In this document: one piece after another, positions 18,068-27,661 of the stretch | Numbering within the stretch: position 1 is the first letter of the stretch | How the letters are laid out: the number at the start of each line of letters is the position of its first letter | From: an uncultured Bacilli bacterium | GTDB taxonomy: Bacteria; Bacillota_I; Bacilli_A; ML615J-28; CAG-313 | Direction of reading: 5' to 3' | Length of the DNA: 64,000 nucleotides | NCBI GenBank assembly: GCA_949879765.1 | Contig: CATLBQ010000002.1 | Location: forward strand, 2,667-66,666 | Program-made: the position numbers and the translations under genes | Notes under the pieces: generated by a model | Seen by the model: only the letters and a program-made list of their open reading frames with translations | Databases searched by the model: none | What the model was told of the DNA's origin: nothing

Positions 18068-18752
18068 AGCTAAACAAATTATCAAGTCATATGGAACAAG
18101 CCAAAATGCCTACCCTGTTTTGAAGGGGATAGATGTGGACATTCCAGAAGGCACCTTTATGGTGATTCTAGGAGCGTCTGGTTCAGGTAAATCGACATTA
18201 CTTCATATTTTATCTGGATTAGAGTGTCCAGATAGTGGGTCTGTGATTTATCAAAATCAAGATATCACGCAATTGTCTGATCAAGAGCGAACTGCATTTC
18301 GAAAAGATACAGTAGGATTTATTTTTCAACAATATCATCTTCTTCCCCATTTGACAGTTGAAAAAAATGTGCAAATGGGAGCAGATTTAGTGAAAAATTC
18401 AGCATACCATGAATTGATTGAAGCCGTAGGATTGCAAGATAAAATCAAATCTTATCCAAGTGAATTATCTGGTGGAGAGCAACAACGAGTAGCGATTGCT
18501 AGAGCACTAGCTAAAAAACCTAAGGTGTTATTTTTAGATGAGCCAACAGGAGCATTAGATGAACAAACTGGCAGAAGCATTTTGCAATATATTAGTGAAT
18601 TACATCAACAATGGGGATTTACAATGATTATGGTCACCCATAATGAAAATATCGCAGCCATGGCAGATCAAGTCGTCATCATGAATAGTGGTAAGATTAC
18701 ACAAGTGAAATCTAATCCATCGCCAAAACATGCATACGAAATTGGATGGTAA
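18060..18752 (+). CDS. ABC transporter ATP-binding protein (MacB/LolD-like)
   Basis: Walker A GASGSGKST, signature LSGGEQQRVAIARAL, Walker B VLFLDEPTGALD, H-loop MVTHN. Confidence 0.9.
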   Translation: MIRAKQIIKSYGTSQNAYPVLKGIDVDIPEGTFMVILGASGSGKSTLLHILSGLECPDSGSVIYQNQDITQLSDQERTAFRKDTVGFIFQQYHLLPHLTVEKNVQMGADLVKNSAYHELIEAVGLQDKIKSYPSELSGGEQQRVAIARALAKKPKVLFLDEPTGALDEQTGRSILQYISELHQQWGFTMIMVTHNENIAAMADQVVIMNSGKITQVKSNPSPKHAYEIGW

Positions 18753-18756
18753 GCCT

Positions 18757-19896
18757 ATGATAGTGAGTTTCAAAGACGGAGTAAAATTATTTGGTTTAAG
18801 CATTGTGAGTTGTTGTGCTGTTTTGGTATGTACGATGTTTGTGAATTATCAACAAGATCTCATGGGTATAGCCGATAAAATAACCACAGAAACGGCTCAG
18901 ATGTTATACCAAGCTCAAATATCAATGGGAAAGGTCATCTGTTTCATCAGTGGATGCTGTTTGTTATCGACATCTATGGTATTGATGCTATTTTATGTCA
19001 AACATTACATCGATATGCATCAATCGGTTCTAGGGATGTATAAAGCAATGGGGTATAGCTCGTTTGCAATTGCCAAGCATTTTTGGATATTTGGAGTGAG
19101 CGTATGTATTGGTTGTATCGCAGGATGGAGTTTGGCCTATGGAATTTGTCCCCTATTTTATCAGGCTCAAAATGCGGATGGCATATTTCCTCAAATAGAA
19201 GTCACATTTCATCCTAGTTTGATTTTATTTTTGATTATTTTACCCAGCCTTTTTTTCATTTGTGTTGCGATAGGTTATGGATACTTTAAACTCCAAGCAC
19301 CAGTACTAGATTTATTAAAGGAAAGAAAAGAACTACACCGTCGCAAACGCCATCCCAAAAAAGAAAAACCATCCTTCTTACAAGGATTAAGACAAAGTAT
19401 ATTATGGGAAAAGAAAGTGCTTGTTTTTTTGATGACCTTTTCTGCATTTTGTTTTTCATCCATGACCCAAATGGCTTTTGCAATGGACGAACTAGCCAGT
19501 GAAATGTTTGCTGTTATGTTAATGGGCATCGGTCTAATCTTGGCTTTCACCATATTACTTTTATCACTATCTACAGTAGTGAGAACCAACCGAAAAACAA
19601 TTGCCATCATGCAAGTATTTGGATATACAGATCAAGTCTGTCAACGCACCATTTTGGGGAGTTATCGTCCTTTTGCATATCTTGGATTTTTACTAGGGAC
19701 AGGGTATCAATATGGTCTTTTAAAATTGGTTTTAACGCTTGTATTTGCACAAGTAGAAGGTATACCAGAATATCATTTTGATATCGGCAATTGTCTAATC
19801 TCTTTGGGACTATTTTTGATATCATATGAAATGGTGATGTATTGCTTTTTTCAAAAACTGAAAAAAGTATCCCTTCAATCTATCATGATAGAATAA
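18757..19896 (+). CDS. FtsX-family ABC transporter permease
   Basis: Polytopic protein with two FtsX-like blocks (YKAMGYSSFAI and MQVFGYTDQVC loops). The ATG at 18757 lies just after the ATPase stop. Confidence 0.75.
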   Translation: MIVSFKDGVKLFGLSIVSCCAVLVCTMFVNYQQDLMGIADKITTETAQMLYQAQISMGKVICFISGCCLLSTSMVLMLFYVKHYIDMHQSVLGMYKAMGYSSFAIAKHFWIFGVSVCIGCIAGWSLAYGICPLFYQAQNADGIFPQIEVTFHPSLILFLIILPSLFFICVAIGYGYFKLQAPVLDLLKERKELHRRKRHPKKEKPSFLQGLRQSILWEKKVLVFLMTFSAFCFSSMTQMAFAMDELASEMFAVMLMGIGLILAFTILLLSLSTVVRTNRKTIAIMQVFGYTDQVCQRTILGSYRPFAYLGFLLGTGYQYGLLKLVLTLVFAQVEGIPEYHFDIGNCLISLGLFLISYEMVMYCFFQKLKKVSLQSIMIE

Positions 19897-19914
19897 GAAA
19901 AGAGGTAAAAATAG

Positions 19915-20178
19915 ATGAAAATAAGTACATATCAACATCAACCCCATATTGCAGAACAGGTCTCATTTGATGATTATCATCAAGCACTTGAAGATGAAAT
20001 GGCCGTATATAGTTATCAAGGACAACGTTATATTGTCATTGAGATAGAAAGTGTATTAGAAGAAGGACATCATCCGCATGTGGTTTTTCGATTTGTCGAA
20101 GCCAATCAAGAATTAATAGTAGAAGAAAATGATGACATTGTAGCAGCGATTTTGTCACAATATGAGCAAGATGAATAA
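19915..20178 (+). CDS. Small acidic protein, possibly DUF1292-like
   Basis: GAGGTAAAAATAG precedes the ATG. The protein is 87 aa with an acidic C-terminus (ELIVEENDDIVAAILSQYEQDE). Family assignment is weak. Confidence 0.4.
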   Translation: MKISTYQHQPHIAEQVSFDDYHQALEDEMAVYSYQGQRYIVIEIESVLEEGHHPHVVFRFVEANQELIVEENDDIVAAILSQYEQDE

Positions 20179-20212
20179 GAAAAAAACAAAAAAATCAAAG
20201 TGATAACAAAAT

Positions 20213-20240
20213 AAGCGAGAACGGAAATTTCTCGCTTTTT
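20213..20240 (+). terminator. Rho-independent terminator
   Basis: AAGCGAGAA pairs with TTCTCGCTT around a 7-nt loop. A T-run follows. Confidence 0.85.
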
Positions 20241-20257
20241 ACTTGAAATTTTATTGT

Positions 20258-20286
20258 TAGACAAAATTTGTAAATCATGGTATAAT
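20258..20286 (+). promoter_or_regulatory. SigA-type promoter of the aromatic amino-acid operon
   Basis: TAGACA (20258-20263), a 17-nt spacer, then TGgTATAAT (-10 hexamer at 20281-20286). Confidence 0.7.
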
Positions 20287-20319
20287 ACACGTAATATGAA
20301 ATAAAAAGGAGGTAGGTGG

Positions 20320-21525
20320 ATGTATAATTCAAAAATGCACACACTAGGTACAAATCCTTCGATGATTCGAGAATTGTTTGAATATGGCCAAGCCCAAAAA
20401 GCAGAGTTAGGGGAAGAAGCCGTATTTGATTTTAGTATTGGCAATCCTAGCGTTCCTGCTCCAACAATCGTCAATGATACACTGATTCGTTTGATTCAAG
20501 AAAAAGATTCTACGCTTCTTCACGGATATACATCAGCGTCTGGGGATAGGAAAGTAAGAGAAGCCATTGCGATAGATTTGCAAAAAACCTATCATACACC
20601 AGTAGATGCAAATTTGATTTATTTAACTGCTGGTGCCGCCGCATCACTCACGATTGCACTAAAGGCATTGTTAAATGAAGAAGAGGAAGTCATTGTTTTT
20701 GCACCCTTTTTCCCAGAGTATAAAGTATTTATTGAAAACGCAGGTGGCATCATGAAGGTAGTTCCTTGTGTGGCGCCTACCTTTGAACTCGATTTAGAAC
20801 AACTTGAACAAACGATAACCCCGTTTACCAAAGTGGTCATCATCAATTCACCTTGTAATCCAACGGGTGTTATCATTCAAGAAAAGGTGCTTCAACACAT
20901 GGCTCAAATATTGAGAAAAAAATCACAGTATTATCAACACCCCATTTATTTATTATCAGATGAACCCTATAGAGAATTGGTATATGGAAATCGCAGTGTG
21001 CCTTTTGTAACAAGCTATTATGAGGATACGCTTGTTTGCTATTCATTTAGCAAGTCTCTTTCTTTACCAGGAGAACGAATTGGCTATGTGTTGGTTTCAC
21101 CCCATGCATATCAAGCAAGTGATGTTTATGCATCCATTTGTGGTGCCGCAAGATCACTTGGTTATGTGTGTGCGCCTGCTTTGTTTCAGTATATGATTCC
21201 ATATTGTTTAGGACAAACCGCAGATTTATCGATTTATCAAACCAATAAAGATATTTTGTATCAACATTTGGTAGCATATGGGTATGAAGTCGTTCCACCT
21301 GAAGGCGCTTTTTATCTATTTGTCAAAGCATTAGAACCAGACGCAGTAGCCTTCTCCAAGCAGGCGATGCGCTATGGATTGCTACTTGTACCGAGTGATT
21401 CATTTGGTTATCAGGGGTATGTGCGAATTGCTTATTGTGTGCCTACCAAACAAATCCAAGCGGCTTTACCTGCCTTTGAACGATTGATCAAAGAATATGC
21501 AAAATCAGGAGAAAACTATGAGTAA
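20320..21525 (+). CDS. Class I/II PLP-dependent aminotransferase (aspartate/aromatic type)
   Basis: PLP-lysine context YSFSKSLSLPGERIGY and NPSNP-like INSPCNPTG. AAAGGAGGTAGG RBS. Confidence 0.85.
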   Translation: MYNSKMHTLGTNPSMIRELFEYGQAQKAELGEEAVFDFSIGNPSVPAPTIVNDTLIRLIQEKDSTLLHGYTSASGDRKVREAIAIDLQKTYHTPVDANLIYLTAGAAASLTIALKALLNEEEEVIVFAPFFPEYKVFIENAGGIMKVVPCVAPTFELDLEQLEQTITPFTKVVIINSPCNPTGVIIQEKVLQHMAQILRKKSQYYQHPIYLLSDEPYRELVYGNRSVPFVTSYYEDTLVCYSFSKSLSLPGERIGYVLVSPHAYQASDVYASICGAARSLGYVCAPALFQYMIPYCLGQTADLSIYQTNKDILYQHLVAYGYEVVPPEGAFYLFVKALEPDAVAFSKQAMRYGLLLVPSDSFGYQGYVRIAYCVPTKQIQAALPAFERLIKEYAKSGENYE

Positions 21526-22804
21526 ATTAGATGCAATTCGGACAAAAATCAATGAGATTGACCGACAAATGGCTACTCTTTTTGAAGAAAGAATGGAAAT
21601 TAGTCGGGAAATCGCTGAATATAAAAAAGAACAAGGATTACCTGTTTATGATGCAAACCGCGAACAAGCCTTAATAAAGCAAAATCTAACCTATGTGAAA
21701 AATAAGGATATTCAAGATGCGTATATTTCTTTTTTGCGTCATACGATGGATGTATCGAAACAATATCAAAAAAGAATCATTACCCATCAACAGCAAACTT
21801 CAAAAGTATTGACCATTACAATGAAAGATACTTCTTATGATATCGTCATTCAAAATGGAGGTTTACAGCACATTGAATCTTATTTTTCCTTTACGCATCA
21901 AAATGTATTGATCATTACCGATAGTGGTGTACCCAAAACTTATGTGGAGTGCCTTCAACAACAAATCGCACATGCCGTTGTGTATACTTTTGAACAAGGT
22001 GAAGCGAGTAAAAATTTTGAAAATTATGAAAAAATCATTGCCTTTTTAATTGAACATTCATTTTCACGTAGTGATTGCATTATTGCATTAGGTGGTGGAG
22101 TTGTAGGCGATATAGCTGGTTTTGTCGCTGCTACCTATATGCGCGGTATTGCTTTTTACAATATACCAACAACCCTTCTTTCACAAGTAGATGCTTCAAT
22201 TGGAGGAAAAACTGCTATAGATAAAGCGGGTGTGAAAAATATTGTGGGTGCTTTTTATCCACCAATAGGGGTATTGATTGACTCAATGGTACTCAAAACA
22301 TTAGACAAAAGACAACTATATGCAGGATTAGTGGAAGCCCTGAAGATGGGGGCAACTTCAGATGCATCATTATTTGAACAAATTGAAAAAAGTCAAGATG
22401 TATTTTCGGATATCGAAAGTATCATTATTCGGGCTCTTCTTGTAAAAAAGAGCATTGTTGAACAAGATCCAAAAGAGGAACATTTGCGAAAAATACTGAA
22501 TTTTGGCCATACAGTAGGCCATGCCATTGAAAGTAAAGGTGGTTTTCAGAGATATCTTCACGGGGAATGTGTAGGTATGGGCATGTTGTATTTTTGTAGT
22601 GAAGAAGTCAAACAAAGAATTCAAGCTGTTCTTGAAAAATATCATTTACCTACAAGATGTGAATTATTGAAAGAAGAGCTGCTTTCATATATGATGTTAG
22701 ATAAAAAAAGAACAGGGGACACCATTTCAGTGATTTATGTGGAATCCATTGGAAAGTGTAAAATTCTATCGCTCCCATTTGAAGCATTAGACCCCTATTT
22801 ATAA
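21518..22804 (+). CDS. aroB: Bifunctional chorismate mutase (AroQ class) / 3-dehydroquinate synthase
   Basis: The N-terminal ~90 aa (LDAIRTKINEIDRQMATLFEERMEISREIAEYKKEQGLPVYDANRE) is a CM type 2 helix bundle. The remainder has DHQ synthase motifs (GGGVVGDIAGFVAATYMRGI, GHTVGHAIE). The start overlaps the upstream gene by 8 nt. Confidence 0.85.
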   Translation: MSKLDAIRTKINEIDRQMATLFEERMEISREIAEYKKEQGLPVYDANREQALIKQNLTYVKNKDIQDAYISFLRHTMDVSKQYQKRIITHQQQTSKVLTITMKDTSYDIVIQNGGLQHIESYFSFTHQNVLIITDSGVPKTYVECLQQQIAHAVVYTFEQGEASKNFENYEKIIAFLIEHSFSRSDCIIALGGGVVGDIAGFVAATYMRGIAFYNIPTTLLSQVDASIGGKTAIDKAGVKNIVGAFYPPIGVLIDSMVLKTLDKRQLYAGLVEALKMGATSDASLFEQIEKSQDVFSDIESIIIRALLVKKSIVEQDPKEEHLRKILNFGHTVGHAIESKGGFQRYLHGECVGMGMLYFCSEEVKQRIQAVLEKYHLPTRCELLKEELLSYMMLDKKRTGDTISVIYVESIGKCKILSLPFEALDPYL

Positions 22805-22813
22805 GGAGGATTT

Positions 22814-23908
22814 ATGAGAAATACACTAGGTGATGGTGTGACACTGACTTTATTTGGTGAAAGTCATGGCAAAGGAATTGGTGCTGTTTTAGATGGACTT
22901 GCACCTGGCATCAAAGTAGATACAGATTTTCTTGAATTTCAACTCAGTAAACGTAGACCTCAAGGTCACCTTGAGACTTCAAGAATTGAACAAGACCAAT
23001 ATACCATTTTAAGTGGTGTATTTCAAGGGTATACAACTGGTGCACCTCTTGCCATTGTGATTGAAAATCAAGATGTGAGGAGTAGTGATTATTGTGATAT
23101 TTCTCATTTGGCAAGACCATCACATGCGGATTATACGGCCTTGATGAAATATCACGGATATAGTGATTATCGCGGAGGGGGTCATTTTTCTGGAAGAATT
23201 ACAGCGCCCATTGTAGCGCTAGGTGCCATTGTTCAAAAGGCATTAGAACAAAAACAGATTTATATTGGCACACATATTTTAACTTGTGGTGGGATAAAAG
23301 ATCGTCCATTTGCGGATTACCCAAAAGATATTTTATCTTTACAAACCAAACTCTTTCCTGTACTAGATGATGTAGAAAAACAGATGAAAGAAAAAATGGA
23401 AGAAGCCTTTTTCCAACAAGACTCATTAGGCGGTATTTTGCAAACGGCTATTATAGGCCTTCCAGCAGGCCTTGGTGAACCATGGTTTTCTAGTGTTGAA
23501 GGAAAACTAGCGAATGCATTATTTTCAATTGGTGGCATCAAAGGCATTGAATTTGGCGCAGGTTTTGATTTTGCGCAAATGAGTGGATCAAAGGCAAATG
23601 ACCCTTTTTATATGGACAATCAGACGATTCGAACCAAAACCAATCACAATGGTGGTATCAATGGGGGAATCACCAATGGAATGCCTATCAGGTTCAATGT
23701 AGTCGTAAAGCCAACCCCATCCATTGGCCAGATTCAAGATACAGTGGATTTGCTTCAAAAGAAGGATACACACATTCAAATCCAAGGTAGACATGATCCT
23801 GCCATCATTAGACGAATGGCAGTTGTAGTGGATAGCCTTGTGGCTATTGTGGTAGCAGATTTATTGGCTAGTCGGTATGGAAATGATTTTTTAACATTTG
23901 AGGCATAA
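22814..23908 (+). CDS. aroC: Chorismate synthase
   Basis: The N-terminal LTLFGESHGKGIGAVLDG and RPSHADY motifs. 364 aa. Confidence 0.95.
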   Translation: MRNTLGDGVTLTLFGESHGKGIGAVLDGLAPGIKVDTDFLEFQLSKRRPQGHLETSRIEQDQYTILSGVFQGYTTGAPLAIVIENQDVRSSDYCDISHLARPSHADYTALMKYHGYSDYRGGGHFSGRITAPIVALGAIVQKALEQKQIYIGTHILTCGGIKDRPFADYPKDILSLQTKLFPVLDDVEKQMKEKMEEAFFQQDSLGGILQTAIIGLPAGLGEPWFSSVEGKLANALFSIGGIKGIEFGAGFDFAQMSGSKANDPFYMDNQTIRTKTNHNGGINGGITNGMPIRFNVVVKPTPSIGQIQDTVDLLQKKDTHIQIQGRHDPAIIRRMAVVVDSLVAIVVADLLASRYGNDFLTFEA

Positions 23909-23911
23909 AGT

Positions 23912-25150
23912 ATGCAATATGGTTTAATAGGAGCCCATCTAGGGCACAGTTTTTCAAAGGAAATCCATGAAAAAATAACGGATTACACCTATGAATTACA
24001 AGAACTCTCAGTAGAAGAATTGGATGGTTTTATGAAGACGCATGCTTTTCGAGCTATCAATGTGACCATTCCGTATAAAGAAAAGGTAATGGACTATGTA
24101 CATCATATCGATGAAAAGGCCAAACAAATTGGTGTCATCAATACGATTATCAATCAAAATGGTGTGCTATGGGGGTATAATACTGACTATCTAGGTTTCA
24201 AACAAATGCTAATCCATCATCAAATTGAGGTAAAAAACAGGAAAGTGCTTATTTTGGGGAGTGGGGGTACCGCTAAGACAGCAAAGCTTGTTTTTCAAGA
24301 TTTAGGCGCAAAGGAAATTTTAATCGTATCAAGAAATCCAAAACCCAATCAAATTTCTTATCAAGAGGCGACTAAACTTCACCAAGATGCACAGATTATT
24401 GTCAATACAACTCCTTGTGGAATGTATCCTCATGGTCAAGATTTAATACTAGATATTACCCCATTTATAGCATTAGAAGCAGTCTGTGATGTCATTTATA
24501 ATCCTTTACAAACCATGCTGATACAAATGGCACAAAAAAGAAACATTCCAGCGATATCAGGATTATATATGCTAGTTGCTCAAGCCGTATATGCGGCAGA
24601 ATACTTTACCAATCAAAAATATTCAGATACGCTGATTGATGAAATTTATCAAGATATCAAACGAAAAAAAGAAAATATTGTGTTGGTGGGGATGCCATCT
24701 AGTGGAAAAACCACCATTGGAAAGATCCTTTCGGAAAGATTGGGTAAAACATTTTTTGATACAGATGAAGCGATAGAGCAAATTTTATCAATGCCTATAG
24801 CATCTTATTTAAATGAAACAACAGAAGCAAAATTTAGAGAAATAGAAGAAATGGTGATAGCTCATATAGCAAAAGAAGGAAATAGGGTCATTGCAACAGG
24901 TGGTGGTGCTATTTTAAGAAAGCAGAATATAGATGCCCTGCGTATGAATGGAAAAATCATCTTTTTAGATCGGCCGCTACATCTATTACAAGCCACAAGC
25001 AATCGACCATTATCGTCTCAAAAAGAGCAATTGCAAAAACGATATGAGGAGCGATATGAGAAATATAGACTAGCTGCAGATATTGTCATTGCGAATCAAG
25101 AAGACATAGAAACAGTAATCGAACAGATTCAAAAAGAGGTATATCAATGA
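23912..25150 (+). CDS. aroE: Bifunctional shikimate dehydrogenase / shikimate kinase
   Basis: The N-terminal half has GLIGAHLGHSFSKEIH and GSGGTAKT (AroE). The C-terminal ~165 aa has Walker A GMPSSGKTTIGK and ATGGGAIL (AroK). Confidence 0.9.
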   Translation: MQYGLIGAHLGHSFSKEIHEKITDYTYELQELSVEELDGFMKTHAFRAINVTIPYKEKVMDYVHHIDEKAKQIGVINTIINQNGVLWGYNTDYLGFKQMLIHHQIEVKNRKVLILGSGGTAKTAKLVFQDLGAKEILIVSRNPKPNQISYQEATKLHQDAQIIVNTTPCGMYPHGQDLILDITPFIALEAVCDVIYNPLQTMLIQMAQKRNIPAISGLYMLVAQAVYAAEYFTNQKYSDTLIDEIYQDIKRKKENIVLVGMPSSGKTTIGKILSERLGKTFFDTDEAIEQILSMPIASYLNETTEAKFREIEEMVIAHIAKEGNRVIATGGGAILRKQNIDALRMNGKIIFLDRPLHLLQATSNRPLSSQKEQLQKRYEERYEKYRLAADIVIANQEDIETVIEQIQKEVYQ

Positions 25151-25578
25151 AAATATTAGTCATCAATGGTCCGAATCTCAATTTCTTGGGTATTCGAGAA
25201 CCTGAAATATATGGCCATCAAACCTATCAAGATTTATGTGTCTTGTTAGAAGAACAAGCCAAAGCCAGACAAATAGAAATTGAAATTTTTCAGTCTAATG
25301 CGGAAGGGGCTATCGTAGATAAAATACAAGAAGCGTATAATCAACATGTTGATGGGATTATTATCAATCCTGCGGCTTATACGCATACTAGCATAGCGAT
25401 TTTAGATGCGCTTAAGGCGGTAATGATTCCAACTGTAGAAGTGCATCTTTCTCATATTCAAACAAGAGAATCCTTTAGAGCTCATAGTTATGTGCGTTTG
25501 ATTGCCAAAAAGACTATTCAGGGTCATGGTTTTCAAGGCTATATCGAGGCGATGGATTATTTGATTCAACATCTATAA
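25147..25578 (+). CDS. aroQ: Type II 3-dehydroquinate dehydratase
   Basis: MKILVINGPNLNFLGIREPEIYG and IINPAAYTHTSIA. 143 aa. 4-nt overlap with the upstream gene. Confidence 0.95.
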   Translation: MKILVINGPNLNFLGIREPEIYGHQTYQDLCVLLEEQAKARQIEIEIFQSNAEGAIVDKIQEAYNQHVDGIIINPAAYTHTSIAILDALKAVMIPTVEVHLSHIQTRESFRAHSYVRLIAKKTIQGHGFQGYIEAMDYLIQHL

Positions 25579-25595
25579 AAAGAAAGGGGAATAAG

Positions 25596-26807
25596 ATGAA
25601 GGTAACGATTACAAAAAGTCAAGCAAGTGGCACAATTGTTGCCCCACCATCGAAAAGTTATGCTCACCGTGTACTGATTGCGGCCATGTTGGCAGATAAA
25701 CCCTGCACGATTTACAATATTGAGCTTAATCAAGATATTTTGGCCACACTACATGGTCTAAAGACATTGGGGAAAATGGTAGATTATCAAGATGGCATAG
25801 TGCATGTACAAGGAAAGATTTTATTGGATAAACTTCCCGAGCATTTGTATATAGATTGTATGGAAAGTGGGAGTACTTTACGCTTTTTCATTCCCATTTT
25901 ATTACTAACGGGTAAAACCATTACATTGCAAGGTACTAAGCGTCTCATTACACGAGGTATTCAGGAATATCAACCTATTTTTCAAAAGCAAGGGATTCAA
26001 ATCGAACACGCAGAGGAAGCCATCACACTACATGGTCAGTTAAAAAGTGATCATTTTGTTCTAGCAGGCAATATCAGTAGTCAGTTTATTACAGGTTTAT
26101 TGTTTGCTCTTCCACTCTTACCTCAAGAAAGTACCATTACCCTTACTACCCCATTAGAAAGTAAACCGTATGTAGATATGACCTTAGAAGTACTGCGTGC
26201 AGCAGGAATTGAAGTTGAAGAACGAGAGAATGGCTATCATGTGGTAGGACATCAACACTATCTTGCACAAGACTATGCAATAGAAGGGGATTATTCTAAT
26301 GCTGCATTTCTAGATGCACTCAATTATGTAGGAGGTCATGTTACAATTCAGGGGTTAAATCCGCAATCTAAACAAGGTGATCGGGTCTATACCACTTATT
26401 TTTCTTTGTTAAGTCAAGGATATGCTCATATAGATATGGCCCATTGTATTGATTTAGGACCCATTTTATTTTGTTTTGCTGCCTTGATGCATGGGGGACA
26501 CTTTACGCATACATCAAGACTTAAAATCAAAGAAAGTAATCGGATTGAAGCTATCACCCAAGAATTGGCCAAATGTGGGGTATTGTGTATCGAAGGAGAA
26601 GATGAGGTATGGATTGATAATACACATCTTCATGCCCCTAAGGAAGAATTAGAAGGGTGGCAAGATCATCGTATTGTGATGGCTCTTTCCATATTGCTTT
26701 CTGTCTTAGGGGGGATTATCCATGGTGCTGAAGCCATACATAAAAGTTATCCTCATTTTTTCGATGATTTGATTCAATTGGGAATAGAGGTGAGGCAAGA
26801 TGATTGA
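25596..26807 (+). CDS. aroA: 3-phosphoshikimate 1-carboxyvinyltransferase (EPSP synthase)
   Basis: PPSKSYAHR and MESGSTLRF motifs. 403 aa. Confidence 0.95.
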   Translation: MKVTITKSQASGTIVAPPSKSYAHRVLIAAMLADKPCTIYNIELNQDILATLHGLKTLGKMVDYQDGIVHVQGKILLDKLPEHLYIDCMESGSTLRFFIPILLLTGKTITLQGTKRLITRGIQEYQPIFQKQGIQIEHAEEAITLHGQLKSDHFVLAGNISSQFITGLLFALPLLPQESTITLTTPLESKPYVDMTLEVLRAAGIEVEERENGYHVVGHQHYLAQDYAIEGDYSNAAFLDALNYVGGHVTIQGLNPQSKQGDRVYTTYFSLLSQGYAHIDMAHCIDLGPILFCFAALMHGGHFTHTSRLKIKESNRIEAITQELAKCGVLCIEGEDEVWIDNTHLHAPKEELEGWQDHRIVMALSILLSVLGGIIHGAEAIHKSYPHFFDDLIQLGIEVRQDD

Positions 26808-27650
26808 TCCACATAAAAAAATCCTGATTGTTGGACTAGGATTATTGGGTGGTTCTTATGCTACAGCTCTCACGCATAAAGGATACGAAGTAGGAGCCAT
26901 TGATATTCAAGCATCATCTATCGATTATGCACTAAAAAAGGGATGATTGCCCATGGAACCACAAGTGTTCAACCAGATTATGTTGGACAGTTTGATATTG
27001 TTGTTTTTGCATTATATCCACACATTTTGGTGGAGTGGATCAAACAGTATCAACAATACATCAAACCCCATGCGATTCTAACTGATGTAACGGGAATTAA
27101 GGTATGGTTAATTGATGAACTAAAAAGAATACTTCGTACTGATATAGAATACATTGGTGCACATCCAATGGCAGGAAAAGAAGTGTATGGAGTAGAACAT
27201 AGTGATGAACAGATGTTTAAAGGAGCCAATTATATCATTACTCCCACAGAAGATTCTACAAAAGAGGCCATTGAGGTAGCCGAATCCTTGGGTCAATTGT
27301 TAGAGTTTCAACATATTCAGTTTCTTTCTCCAAGCCTTCATGATGAAATGATTGGATTTTTATCACAGCTGACGCACTGTATTGCAATTAGTCTTATGAC
27401 TTGTAAGGAATCTACTCATTTGGTCGAATATACTGGTGATTCATTTCGTGATTTGACACGAATTGCCAAAATCAATGAAGCGATGTGGAGTGAGTTATTC
27501 TTATGCAATAAAGAACAATTACTTGCGCAAATGGATATCTTTTTACAGCAGTTTCATCTATTAAAAGAAGCCTTAGCGCATGAAGATATAGAAAAAATGA
27601 AAGCCATCATGCGGCTTTCTACGAACAGAAGAAGTTATTTTGATCAATAG
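26800..27650 (+). pseudogene. tyrA: Prephenate dehydrogenase split by a one-nucleotide frame change in an A6G3 run (26934-26942)
   Basis: The N-terminal Rossmann part (MIDPHKKILIVGLGLLGGSYATALTHKGYEVGAIDIQASSIDYALKKG*) reads in frame 1 from the ATG at 26800 to the TGA at 26944-26946. The rest (MIAHGTT...GAHPMAGKE...) reads in frame 0 from 26943. One extra A or G, or a -1 slip, joins them as ...ALKKGMIAHG. Confidence 0.8.
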
Positions 27651-27661
27651 GATGTGATAAT

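Noticed and set aside
20106-20474. A 122-aa minus-strand ORF spanning the aro-operon promoter and terminator.
   Set aside because: It crosses a terminator, a promoter and two plus-strand coding regions, so it is a shadow ORF.
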